From Clostridia bacterium (GTDB lineage Bacteria; Bacillota; Clostridia; TANB77; UBA1234), in assembly GCA_017522765.1 (NCBI GenBank), contig JAFWYG010000005.1:138826-202825 (forward strand): 64,000 nucleotides of DNA, in the 5' to 3' direction. Below are positions 46,504 through 56,687 of this stretch, one piece after another. The notes under the pieces are model-generated. The model searched no databases. It was given only the letters and a program-made list of their open reading frames with translations, and was not told the DNA's origin. Within the stretch, counting starts at the first letter, position 1; each line of letters begins with the position of its first letter. A program made the translations under genes and the position numbers.

Positions 46504-47259
46504 ATGAACAAAAAGAAAATAGGTATAATTGTTATATTGATTATTTGTGCAATTGTTGTAACAAACCAGTTGTTAAGCAAAGGCCCAGAAGAAATTTTAA
46601 ATTCAGAAGACAATTTGCACAATTCGGGTGATACTTCGACACAAAAAGATTTGGAACAATTAAATGTAATTTTGAACAATAAAGAATTGTGGTATAAAGA
46701 TGATGAGTTTGACCAATATAGTTATGCTGTTACAGATTTAGATCAAAATGGAAGATTAGAAATTATATCATCTATTTGTCAAGGGACAGGGTTATATACA
46801 TATACTACTATTTATGAAGTAAATGAAACTTTAGAGGAGTTAAATTTATGTGAGAGTAATTTGGAAGAATATGATTCACAAGCCGACATTATAAAGAAGA
46901 ACTGGATAGTATTTTATGATAAATATACAGAAAAATATTATTATGTATTAGAAGATGTGACTAGAAATGGAATGGCAGAACTTTATGAAAATAAAAGATA
47001 TTTTTGCTTATTTAATGGTGAAAGTGTTGAGGAATATTTAGTAAGAAAAAGTACTATATATCAAAATGGGATACCTGAAATTACCTTCACTGATGTGAAT
47101 GATAATATAATAAATGAAGAGGAGTACAATAAGTTTGAAAATAAATATTTTAACAGCTTTGAAAAAATGATGGTAAATATAGAATGGTTAAGTGGTTTTA
47201 CTGACATAAGTATTACCGAATTGGAAATTTCTTATAGAAATTTTAACTTAACTAAATAG
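46504..47259 (+). CDS. Membrane-anchored hypothetical protein
   Basis: SD gagggaaaag upstream; N-terminal TM helix MNKKKIGIIVILIICAIVVT; no recognisable motif. Confidence 0.5.
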   Translation: MNKKKIGIIVILIICAIVVTNQLLSKGPEEILNSEDNLHNSGDTSTQKDLEQLNVILNNKELWYKDDEFDQYSYAVTDLDQNGRLEIISSICQGTGLYTYTTIYEVNETLEELNLCESNLEEYDSQADIIKKNWIVFYDKYTEKYYYVLEDVTRNGMAELYENKRYFCLFNGESVEEYLVRKSTIYQNGIPEITFTDVNDNIINEEEYNKFENKYFNSFEKMMVNIEWLSGFTDISITELEISYRNFNLTK

Positions 47260-47415
47260 TTAAGAGATATATAAACGTGCTGAATTGGAATTTTTCCATC
47301 TTAGCACGTTGTTTTTTGTATAAATTGTTGCTTTTTGAAAATAGGTGTGGTAAAATGCGTTCATTCGTGTTTCGCGGATAAAGCTATAACTTATATAAGT
47401 GGAGGTGTTTTAGAA

Positions 47416-49667
47416 ATGAACATTACACACGACGATGAGATTGCTGAAAGAAAAAAATTAGAAAAAACAACACGTTTTATCGATCAAGAAATCAAAGAAA
47501 GTGAAGAAAGACTTGAAAGAGGCTTTGATGACTACAACTTTGATGATGATTATCAAGACGACTTTATGAAGGCAGCCCTTAAAGAAAAGTTTAACCAAAG
47601 AATTAAGAATTTAAAAATGGTTAGACGGAAAGCCATACTTTGCAAGAGTAGATTTTGTAGAAGATGGAAGTTCGACAAGGGATGCCTTTTATTTGCGGAA
47701 AAGTAATGGTCACTGACCATGATACTTTAGAGCAAATAGTTATTGACTGGAGAGCTCCGATTGCAGATTTGTATTACGAGGGACGTCTTGGTGAAGCTTC
47801 ATACGTTTGCCCTGGTGGTGAGATTAAGGGTGACATCAAATTAAAGAGACAATATTTCTTTGATGATGACGGACTGAAAGATGTGATGGATATTGATATC
47901 ACAACAAACGATGAAATGCTTCAGCCATTCCTTTCTGCAAATTCGGACACAAGACTAAAAAATATTATTTCAACAATTCAAGCAGAACAAAACAAAATTA
48001 TAAGATCCGATATGTGGCAACCACTTGTTGTACAAGGAGTTGCTGGTTCTGGTAAGACAACTATTGCGTTGCATAGAATTGCATATCTAATTTATAATTA
48101 TGACAAAAACTTTTTTCCAGAAGAATTTTTAATCATAGCACCTAATAAATTTTTCCTAAACTATATTTCAAACGTATTGCCAGACCTGGGTGTTGATAGG
48201 GTTGGACAAAGCACATATGAAGACATTGCATTTGAAGTAATAGGTAGTACATTTGAAATTGAAGAACCAAATGAAAAACTAGCAAGACTTATTAATAATT
48301 CAAAATCTGAGAAAGAAACTGAAATTTGCAAGAACATAGAAGAAGCTTCTATTTTTAAATCATCAATTAGATATAAAAATGTATTAGATGATTATTTGTA
48401 CGAAGTAGAGAAAAGAGTTTTACCTGATGAGGATTTTAAAATAGACAGATATATTTTTATGACAAAGAAAGATATTGCACATCTGTATTATAGAGAATAT
48501 GGTAATCTACCAATATGCAGACGTATTGAAGAAATATCTAAGCATATGAAGAATCAAGTAATGCTTAAAAATGGTGATATCTTAAATGATATTGAAGAAG
48601 AACGTAATTATAAAGTTGCAAAAATAAAACAAGAGGAACCAATAGAAGAAATAAGACTTGAACTTATTAGACAAGAATATGCTGAAGCAGAGAAAAAGAA
48701 AAACACAGTTACTAAAGACGTGAAGAAACATATTCAAAAGTATTTCTCTAATTTCAAAGTTTTAGAACCAATTAAATATTACAGAGAATTTATGGATCAC
48801 TACCTAGAACAATTTGCTGAAGGTAGAATTCCAAAGGAACAAATAAAATATATTAAATCTTCTTTTGAAGCTTCACAAAGAAAAGGCAAAATTGAAATGG
48901 AAGATATTGCTCCACTAATGTACATTAAATATAGAGTACATGGAGTAAAAACAAAGTTTGCACTTAAACATATAGTAATAGACGAAGCACAAGATTTTAG
49001 TGAATTCCAATTCTTTATATTTAAAAAGATTATAAATAGCAATTCGCTTACAATACTCGGAGATTTAGCACAAGGTATTTACTATTATAGAGGAACTCAA
49101 AACTGGCAAAAGACAATGAACATGGTTTTTGGAATAGACAATGAACCACAATATTTAACATTAAAGAAAACATACAGAACTACAGAAGAAATTATGAATG
49201 TGGCAAACCATGTTATAACAAACGTTATTGAAAAAATTAATTGCTCGCTTGGTGAACCTGTAATGAAGAGCGGTGAACCAGTTACAATAAAAGGTTTTGA
49301 AACTGAAAAAGATATGCTTGATCAAATTAAAAATAGAATTACAGAATTAAAAAATAGAGGTATGAAAAACATCGCACTTATATGCAAGACAGTTCCTGAT
49401 TGTCAAAAGCTTGCCGGACAACTAAGCGATTACGATAATATTCATATAATTACGGATAAAGATGCAGAATATAATGGTGGAGTAAGTATAGTACCGTCAT
49501 ATTTATCAAAAGGTCTTGAATTTGATGCGGTAATTATTACGAACGCAGATATATACAACTACACCAAATCAGAAGTTGATACAAAATTATTATATGTTTG
49601 TATAACAAGAGCGATGAATACATTAGATATTTACTATGTGAATGAATTGACAAAACTATTGGATTAA
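47416..49667 (+). pseudogene. helD: HelD-like (DNA helicase IV / UvrD-family) gene split by two closely spaced +1 frameshifts
   Basis: In frame 1, MNITHDDEIAERKKLEK...QRIKNLKMVR follows SD ggaggtg. Frame 2 continues from 47618 to a stop at 47714-47716 with the conserved block GKPYFARVDFVEDGS..AFYL (compare B. subtilis HelD SPYFGRFDFIENGE...VYIGL). Frame 3 then carries GKVMVTDHDTLEQIVIDWRAPIADLYY, Walker A GVAGSGKTT and the rest of the helicase through 49667. The extra bases are C at 47626 (aga-c-gga) and C at 47696 (ttg-c-gga). Confidence 0.75.
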
Positions 49668-49706
49668 AAAGTAAAGCCGTGGCTATAAGCTACGGCTTTT
49701 ATTTTT
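49666..49706. terminator. Bidirectional terminator between helD and the convergent nth
   Basis: aaaaagtaa-agccgt-ggctataagct-acggct-tttatttttt. Confidence 0.65.
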
Positions 49707-50330
49707 TATTGATTTATAATACTTGCAGCAGGATGAAATGGTACATTCCTCACACTTAGGTTTTCTCGCATCACAAACAGCGCGTCCGTGATAAACAAGT
49801 AAGTGATTCATTAATCTCCAATGTTTCTTTGGTATTTTCTTTAATAAGTCTTGTTCAACTTTCAGTGGATCTGATTCGTTTGAAAGTCCAAGTCTATTTG
49901 AAATTCTGTGTGCATGCGTATCAACTGCGATACCTTGACAATCATTAAATGCTTCAAGCATTATTACGTTTGCAGATTTACGTCCAATACCAGCAAGAGA
50001 AGTTAGTTCTTCCATTGATTGAGGTACATTGCCATCAAAATTTTCAATAATTTGAATTGAACATTCTTTTATGTGTTTAGCTTTGTTTCTATAAAAACTA
50101 ATTGATGATATAAGTTTTTCGATTTTCTTTATATTCATTTTTGCAAATTGTTCTGGAGTGTTAGCTACCTTAAATAAATCTTTTGTTACAATATTTACTC
50201 GGGCATCAGTACACTGCGCTGAAAGCATAACAGCAACTAGTAATTCAAAAGGTGTAGTAAAGTCTAATGAACCTTTTTCTCCATCGTAAAGTTTAGATAA
50301 TTCCGTTATTATTAAATCTATTTTCTTCAT
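49683..50330 (-). CDS. nth: Endonuclease III
   Basis: HhH-GPD LAGIGRKSANVIM, catalytic D in VDTHAHRI, and a 4Fe-4S cluster loop CDARKPKCEECTISSCC. Confidence 0.9.
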   Translation of the reverse strand: MKKIDLIITELSKLYDGEKGSLDFTTPFELLVAVMLSAQCTDARVNIVTKDLFKVANTPEQFAKMNIKKIEKLISSISFYRNKAKHIKECSIQIIENFDGNVPQSMEELTSLAGIGRKSANVIMLEAFNDCQGIAVDTHAHRISNRLGLSNESDPLKVEQDLLKKIPKKHWRLMNHLLVYHGRAVCDARKPKCEECTISSCCKYYKSIKNKSRSL

Positions 50331-50415
50331 AATTTACTCCTAAATAAAAGTATCACAATTCGTATTTTACCACATATAATATACTAAATCAAAGATGAGA
50401 GGGGATGCTGAAAAT

Positions 50416-50562
50416 TTGAATATACTAAAGAAAACGCTTGGCGTTTGTTTGATTGGATTTGGAGCGGGGAGTTTATTAGTCTTGCTTTTGCCAATAACAG
50501 GTTGGGTTTTCAGCATTGGTGTAATGACACTTTTGCTAGGTCTTGTTTGGCTATGCAAGTAG
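50416..50562 (+). CDS. Small hydrophobic protein (48 aa, two predicted TM segments), TTG start
   Basis: SD gagagggga lies 10 nt upstream of TTG. Translation: LNILKKTLGVCLIGFGAGSLLVLLLPITGWVFSIGVMTLLLGLVWLCK. The overlapping minus-strand ORF 50367-50678 has no features and is judged spurious. Confidence 0.4.
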   Translation: MNILKKTLGVCLIGFGAGSLLVLLLPITGWVFSIGVMTLLLGLVWLCK

Positions 50563-50577
50563 AAAGGTGGAGATAGA

Positions 50578-50664
50578 ATGAAAATAGTGGTGTATAAACC
50601 ATCAAATTTTATGAGAAAAATATTAAAGGTTTTGTTTAAAGTGAAAACATCAGATGTTACATAA
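50578..50664 (+). CDS. 28-aa basic peptide (MKIVVYKPSNFMRKILKVLFKVKTSDVT)
   Basis: Strong SD aaaggtggag 5 nt upstream of ATG. It follows the 48-aa sORF by 15 nt and is followed by hairpins at 50668-50697 and 50712-50745. Confidence 0.35.
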   Translation: MKIVVYKPSNFMRKILKVLFKVKTSDVT

Positions 50665-50711
50665 AAAGAGATGTCCAAAGAAGGTTGTCCCTTTTGGACG
50701 ATTTAGGAAAT

Positions 50712-50745
50712 AAAAAAAGAACTCGATTATTTGAGTTCTTTTTCT
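50712..50745. terminator. Bidirectional terminator (A7-hairpin-T5) downstream of rpmB (minus) and the sORF pair (plus)
   Basis: aaaaaaa-gaactc-gattatt-tgagttc-ttttt. Confidence 0.75.
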
Positions 50746-50748
50746 ATA

Positions 50749-50934
50749 CTATGCTCTTTCAACTTTTCCAGATCTTAAACATCTTGAACATACTGTCATT
50801 TTTTTAGATGTACCATTAACAACAGCTTTAACAGTTCTTAGATTTGGTTTAAAAGTTCTAGCAGATCTTCTATGTGAGTGACTTACTTGGTTTAAGAACA
50901 CTACTTCTTTTTCGCAAATTTCGCATTTTGCCAT
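50749..50934 (-). CDS. rpmB: 50S ribosomal protein L28
   Basis: MAKCEICEKEVVFLNQVSHSHRRSARTFKPNLRTVKAVVNGTSKKMTVCSRCLRSGKV. The start was moved to the internal ATG at 50934, with SD ggaggtg. The promoter ttgtca-17-taaaat lies upstream on the minus strand. Confidence 0.9.
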   Translation of the reverse strand: MAKCEICEKEVVFLNQVSHSHRRSARTFKPNLRTVKAVVNGTSKKMTVCSRCLRSGKVERA

Positions 50935-51145
50935 TTCTAGCACCTCCTTAAGGTTTTCTAAAATCATTCTTCGATATTTTAACACAAATAATAAGCTTTG
51001 ACAACAATTTTTACAATTTATTGAAGTCAAAACACACTAATTGGAATATACTGTAAATTACTCTCTTACGTGCACGACTAGTTTATGACTTTTAATAAGT
51101 TTTGTCAATCAAAAAAGCAATATTTAAGCATTATTTCTAAGCTTT

Positions 51146-52402
51146 TTAGATAATAGCCAAGAGTTCACCAGACCATTTTTGATACTTTTCTGGTTCGTCT
51201 CTAAAATATTCCTTTAAAAGCGGGACAACACTGTATTTTACAAGCATTTTGATTTCTGCATCTGGCATAGGTTTACAAAAATATGAATGTCCGATTTGTC
51301 TGCTTTCATCTAATTCTTTATTAATTTCTTCTATTTTTTCAATAATTGAAGTTAGGAGTGGGTTTTGCAAGTAAAACTCTTTAAATTTAGAATTGTCAAA
51401 AACTGGATTTATCGTATAGAAGCAGAATCTTCTTCTTAAAGCATAATCGGATAGGGCTAAATCTTCATCATATGTGTTCATAGTACCTATAATGTATAAA
51501 TTATCAGGCACATAGAATCTTTCTCTAGAACAAGAAAGTTCGATATAATTTTCTTTGCCACGTTTATCAATTTCAATAAGAGAGAAGGCTTCTCCAAATA
51601 TTTTTGGAATGTTTCCACGATTTATTTCGTCAATAATTACGAAGAATTTTTTGTCTGGATTATTTCTAGCTTTATTACAAATTCTCTTAAAACAACCAGT
51701 TTTATACTTGTATATACCTATATCATCTGGGCGATATCCTTCAATGAATTCATCATTTGAATACATTTCATGAAATTGTATGTTAAGCATTTGTTCATCG
51801 TCTTTTGAACCAATTATTGAAAATGCCATACGTCTTGCTATATATGTTTTACCAACTCCTGGTGCGCCTTGTAAGACTACATTTTTACGGGCTAATATTA
51901 AATCTCGAAGTTCATCATAATCTTTTTCATCAAAATAAACTTCCTTTAAGAATTCTTCCTTGTTGTAATTGTCATATAGTTGGTATTTTCTCTTAGGATT
52001 TAATTCTCTAAGCATACTGTAGATAACTTCAAATTCGCGTTTTGAAAGTTTAAATAAAGTTCCTTGCATATATCTAAAAACTTCAAGATTTGCAAGTTCT
52101 ATATGTGTTTCCATACTATATCTAGTAACAGGATCGGTAAGACCTTCAATCTTTTTTAGCATGATGTGTTCTTTATCAAGTTCTTGCACACAAACGCAAA
52201 TACCTAAGATTTGATTACTAGGTTCATTTTCGTAGGCAATTACAATTTCTCCAACTTTTATTTCAGCAAAGTTTTTATATAAGGTTCTTAAAGTACCTTG
52301 CTCTGTCATGCAAGAATAGAAAAAGTAGTCGTTTATATCTAATTCTCTAAATTTTATCATTTTTGGATTGATGCTAAGCCACCAATAATTTTTAGTTTCC
52401 AT
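51146..52402 (-). CDS. McrB-like AAA+ GTPase with N-terminal EVE/PUA-like domain; no McrC partner adjacent
   Basis: The N-terminal ~150 aa (YWWLSINPKM...EIVIAYENEP...ILGICVCVQ) looks EVE/PUA-like. The P-loop is VVLQGAPGVGKTYIARR, Walker B is FFVIIDEINRGN, the McrB signature is IIGTMNTYDEDLALSDYALRRRF (NxxD plus the RRRF arginine finger). Confidence 0.7.
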   Translation of the reverse strand: METKNYWWLSINPKMIKFRELDINDYFFYSCMTEQGTLRTLYKNFAEIKVGEIVIAYENEPSNQILGICVCVQELDKEHIMLKKIEGLTDPVTRYSMETHIELANLEVFRYMQGTLFKLSKREFEVIYSMLRELNPKRKYQLYDNYNKEEFLKEVYFDEKDYDELRDLILARKNVVLQGAPGVGKTYIARRMAFSIIGSKDDEQMLNIQFHEMYSNDEFIEGYRPDDIGIYKYKTGCFKRICNKARNNPDKKFFVIIDEINRGNIPKIFGEAFSLIEIDKRGKENYIELSCSRERFYVPDNLYIIGTMNTYDEDLALSDYALRRRFCFYTINPVFDNSKFKEFYLQNPLLTSIIEKIEEINKELDESRQIGHSYFCKPMPDAEIKMLVKYSVVPLLKEYFRDEPEKYQKWSGELLAII

Positions 52403-52572
52403 ATCAAATAGTGAAATCTAAATTTCACGTCCTCCTTTCGGATGAATTGCACGCATATATTATCACGAATTACCGTAAACTTCAAACATATTTGTAAATT
52501 CGTTGACTGAGAACAAAGGTTTGTGATAATCTAAATATCGGAAAGAAAATCAGCGCTTGGGGAGGTGAATAT

Positions 52573-54621
52573 ATGGCAGATTTAGATATGAGTTTACAAT
52601 TTCTAAAAGGTGTTGGACCGGCGAGATATGAAATACTACAAAAGCTAGGTTTAAACACAGTTGAAGATATATTAAATTATTTTCCTAGAGATTATGAAGA
52701 TAGAGGTAATTATAAAAAAATATGTGAATTAATAGATGGTGAAACTACGGCTATTAAAGCAATTGTCAAAACTAATGTTTCAGAACAAAGGATTAGACGT
52801 AATATGGCAATATACAAGGTGATAGCTGAAGATGGAACGGGCAATATCATTCTTACGTGGTTTAATCAGCCATATATTAAGAAACAACTATGTGTCGGCG
52901 AAGAGTATTCTTTTTATGGCAAAGTAAAAAATACGCTAGGAAGAATCGAAATACAATCTCCTGTATTTGAAAAGGCAGAGGCTTCAAAAAACACAGGAAA
53001 GATAATCCCTATATATCCACTAACAGCTGGCATAACACAAAACGTATTTCGTGGAATTGTAGAGCTTGCTGTAAAGTCATCGCTAGAAGAAGTACAGGAA
53101 TCGATGCCAAATTGGATTCTTGATAAATATAGATTACCAAGTTTTAAATGGGCAATGCAGAATATACATTTCCCTGAAAAATTAGAAGATTTTGAAAAGG
53201 CTCGTAAGAGAATTGCTTTTGATGAATTATTGACAATGCAACTTGCGTTATTAAGATTTAAAGAAAAAGGAAATGAAGACAGAGACGGAATATCTTTTTC
53301 TATTGATGAAAATGTAGATGAATTATTAAATACATTACCATATAAATTAACAAACGCACAGATGCGAGTTTGGAAAGAAATTGATAAAGACATGCGTAGT
53401 TCTAAATCAATGAATAGACTTGTGCAAGGCGATGTAGGTTCTGGTAAAACTGCAGTAGCTACGTTGGCTATGTTTAAAGCTGTGAAAAATGGTTACCAAG
53501 CGGCCATGATGGCGCCGACAGCAATACTTGCTAGACAACATTATGAAGGTATTAGTAAGATGCTAGCGCCATTTAATATGAATGTAGAATTATTAACTAG
53601 TGATATAACAAAGAAAAACAAAGCCTTGGTTTTAGAAAGATTAAAAAATGGTGAAATAGATATTTTGATTGGAACGCATGCTTTGTTAGAGGAAAATGTT
53701 GAGTTTAAAAATGCAGGATTAGTTATTACTGACGAACAGCATCGTTTTGGTGTTAGACAAAGAAGTGTGCTTTCTGCAAAAGGAAATTTAACGGATACTT
53801 TAGTTATGACAGCAACGCCGATACCAAGAACTTTGGCAATTATCTTATATGGCGACTTAGATATTTCTATAATTGATGAACTGCCTCCAGGACGACAAAA
53901 GATTGATACATATGCTGTTAAAAGAAATATGGATGAGCGCATCAATGCTTTTATAAATAAAGAATTAAATGCCGGCAGACAAGCATATATCGTATGCCCA
54001 TTAGTTGAAGAATCTGAACATATGGAAGGTGTTAAATCAGTTGTAGAACAATTTGAGTATTATAAAAAAGTTCTTGCTAATTATAAAGTCGAAATGTTGC
54101 ACGGAAAGATGAAGCCAAAAGATAAAGATGATATCATGCAACGCTTTAAACAAGGCGAGATTAATGCGATAATTTCTACCACTGTAATTGAAGTAGGTGT
54201 GGATGTTCCTAATTCAACACTTATGATTATTGAAAATGCAGAAAGATTTGGACTTGCACAACTTCACCAGCTTAGAGGAAGAGTTGGAAGAGGAAAACAC
54301 AAATCGTATTGCGTTTTAAAATATGAAGGAAATTCAGATATTGTAAAACAACGTATGGAAATAATGCAAAAGAGTAACGATGGGTTTGTTATATCTGAAA
54401 AAGATTTAGAGCTAAGAGGCCCGGGGGAATTTTTTGGAACGAGACAGCATGGTATTCCAGAATTCAGGGTTGCTAATCTGTTTACTGATATTCCTATAAT
54501 GAAGGTTGCGCAAGAAATTGCTAATCGAATTATTGAGGAGGATCCAAGATTGGAAAAACCAGAAAATACCATTTTGTTGAACGGTATAAATAAACTTTTT
54601 GAAGAAAAAATTTCTATATAA
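52573..54621 (+). CDS. recG: ATP-dependent DNA helicase RecG
   Basis: N-terminal wedge domain; helicase motifs GDVGSGKT, DEQHRFG, TATPIPRT and the TRG motif region. Confidence 0.9.
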   Translation: MADLDMSLQFLKGVGPARYEILQKLGLNTVEDILNYFPRDYEDRGNYKKICELIDGETTAIKAIVKTNVSEQRIRRNMAIYKVIAEDGTGNIILTWFNQPYIKKQLCVGEEYSFYGKVKNTLGRIEIQSPVFEKAEASKNTGKIIPIYPLTAGITQNVFRGIVELAVKSSLEEVQESMPNWILDKYRLPSFKWAMQNIHFPEKLEDFEKARKRIAFDELLTMQLALLRFKEKGNEDRDGISFSIDENVDELLNTLPYKLTNAQMRVWKEIDKDMRSSKSMNRLVQGDVGSGKTAVATLAMFKAVKNGYQAAMMAPTAILARQHYEGISKMLAPFNMNVELLTSDITKKNKALVLERLKNGEIDILIGTHALLEENVEFKNAGLVITDEQHRFGVRQRSVLSAKGNLTDTLVMTATPIPRTLAIILYGDLDISIIDELPPGRQKIDTYAVKRNMDERINAFINKELNAGRQAYIVCPLVEESEHMEGVKSVVEQFEYYKKVLANYKVEMLHGKMKPKDKDDIMQRFKQGEINAIISTTVIEVGVDVPNSTLMIIENAERFGLAQLHQLRGRVGRGKHKSYCVLKYEGNSDIVKQRMEIMQKSNDGFVISEKDLELRGPGEFFGTRQHGIPEFRVANLFTDIPIMKVAQEIANRIIEEDPRLEKPENTILLNGINKLFEEKISI

Positions 54622-54626
54622 AGCAC

Positions 54627-54661
54627 AAAAGACTGTCATTTAAACAAATGGCAGTTTTTTA
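54627..54661 (+). terminator. Rho-independent terminator of recG
   Basis: aaaagactgtcattt-aaaca-aatggcagtttttt. Confidence 0.7.
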
Positions 54662-54817
54662 CATTATTGACTAAAAATTTTTGATAGTATTTATGGTAAA
54701 CAAGCAGGATTTTATTTGATTAAGTCGAATTATTATAATTATGGGTTGATAAAATGAAAATTTATGCTAAAATATTAAAACATTTTTGAAACTACTATTA
54801 AAAGGTGAGTATTTAAA

Positions 54818-56653
54818 ATGGCGTTTTATTCTGATGAAATAATTGAAGAAGTTAGAGCTGCGAACGACATTATTCATGTCATTTCTCAGTATGTTAACTT
54901 ACAGCGCAAGGGCAACAGCTATTTTGGGCTTTGTCCTTTTCATCGTGAGAAAACACCATCTTTTTCTGCCACGGCTGACAAGCAGATTTTTCATTGCTTT
55001 GGATGTGGTCTTGGAGGAAATGTTATTCATTTTATTATGAAAGTTGAAAATATTGGCTTTAAAGAAGCAGTTGAATTTCTTGCAGAACGAGCAAATATTA
55101 CTTTGCCGACTGATTCTTTTGATCTAGGGATGTCACAAGATGAACTAAGAAAAAGAGAAGCAAGAAAAGCTGAGATGTATGAGATTAATAAAGTCACAGG
55201 AAGATACTTTTATGATAACATCGAAAAATCTAAGATGGCTCAAGATTATATTCAAAAAAGAAAAATAGATGCTAGGACAGTAGCAAAGTTTGGATTAGGT
55301 TTTGCTCTTGATGATAATGGTTTAGTAAAGCTATTACAAGAGAAAGGATTTAGTGAAGAGAATATACTTGCTACAGGCTTAGTTGGAAAAACAGAAAAAG
55401 GATATTTATACGATAAATTTAAAAATCGTTTTATGTTCCCAATATTTGACCTAAAGAAACATCTAATTGCTTTTGGTGGAAGAACATTAGAACCTTCTGA
55501 TGTTATGAAAGCAAAAGGAATTCCTAAATACGTGAATTCGCCGGAAAATTTAATTTATTCAAAGGGAAGACACTTATATGGATTAAATGTAGCTAAAACT
55601 TCTAATCAAAAGATGAAACGATTATTAGTAGTTGAAGGTTACATGGATGTTATATCACCGCATCAAGCGGGTGTTACAAATGTAGTTGCTTCTTTGGGTA
55701 CAGCCCTTACTGAACAGCAAGGCAGGCTTTTAAGACAATATGCAGATGAAGTTATATTATCTTATGACTCTGATGAGGCTGGTCAAAAAGCAATTCAACG
55801 TGGTATTGAAATTTTACAAGCACTTGAGGTGCCAACAAGAATTTTAAAAATGAAGGATGCTAAGGATCCTGACGAATATGTTTTAAAATTCGGACCAGAA
55901 AGATTTGAAAAATTAATTGATAATAGTATTTCACCAGTTGAATATAAAGTAGATCTTTTAAAGAAAGAATATGATTTGACAGACACATCGCAAAAAATAA
56001 CTTTTTTAACGAAGATGGCAGAAATACTATCTAAAGTAAATAACAACATAGAACGAGACATATATGTAAATAAGTTTTCAGCTGATTTAAAAGTTGGAAG
56101 AGAAGCGATAATTGCTGAAATAGAAAAACGTACTATTAGAAATACGTTCAAGACAAAAAATTGGCAAGCGCCAAGACCTATTACAGTGAAACGTGAGACA
56201 AGCTCTTCGGACAAAGAAAAAGAACAGCAGGAAGAAATTATAATATATTTACTTACACTTAAAGATAAGGATATTTTTGATAAATTATCTGAAGTGTATT
56301 CAGAAGCTGATATAGAGTCAGCAATTAATAAGAATATTATCCAGAAGTTATATAACATATACAAATCTGGAGATATTATAAATAAGGATTTAATGCTTGT
56401 ATGTGATGAAGATGAGGAGAAAAGCTTGCTTTCAAAAATCATGATGAAGATGAATACTCGTGATGACAAAGAAAGATATGCATTAGAACTCATAAGAAGT
56501 ATAAGAATAAAAAAACTACAAGCAGAAAAAGAAGAAATTTTGCAAAAGATTCAAGAACTAGACAAGTTAGAAAATACACAAAACACAGAAGATGAAAAGA
56601 GATTGCTATTAAATAGGTTGAATGAAATAATACTTAACCTAGCTAAGAAATAA
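54818..56653 (+). CDS. dnaG: DNA primase
   Basis: Zinc ribbon [12 protein letters not shown]...[11 protein letters not shown]; TOPRIM EGYMDV...DSDEAG. Confidence 0.9.
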   Translation: MAFYSDEIIEEVRAANDIIHVISQYVNLQRKGNSYFGLCPFHREKTPSFSATADKQIFHCFGCGLGGNVIHFIMKVENIGFKEAVEFLAERANITLPTDSFDLGMSQDELRKREARKAEMYEINKVTGRYFYDNIEKSKMAQDYIQKRKIDARTVAKFGLGFALDDNGLVKLLQEKGFSEENILATGLVGKTEKGYLYDKFKNRFMFPIFDLKKHLIAFGGRTLEPSDVMKAKGIPKYVNSPENLIYSKGRHLYGLNVAKTSNQKMKRLLVVEGYMDVISPHQAGVTNVVASLGTALTEQQGRLLRQYADEVILSYDSDEAGQKAIQRGIEILQALEVPTRILKMKDAKDPDEYVLKFGPERFEKLIDNSISPVEYKVDLLKKEYDLTDTSQKITFLTKMAEILSKVNNNIERDIYVNKFSADLKVGREAIIAEIEKRTIRNTFKTKNWQAPRPITVKRETSSSDKEKEQQEEIIIYLLTLKDKDIFDKLSEVYSEADIESAINKNIIQKLYNIYKSGDIINKDLMLVCDEDEEKSLLSKIMMKMNTRDDKERYALELIRSIRIKKLQAEKEEILQKIQELDKLENTQNTEDEKRLLLNRLNEIILNLAKK

Positions 56654-56687
56654 TCTTTTAAAAATGTTAGGAAGGAATGTGAGTAGA

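Noticed and set aside
50367-50678. Minus-strand 103-aa ORF between nth and rpmB
   Set aside because: It has no SD and a featureless translation. The + strand contains two short ORFs with strong SDs covering the same DNA. The region ends in terminators oriented for + strand transcription.
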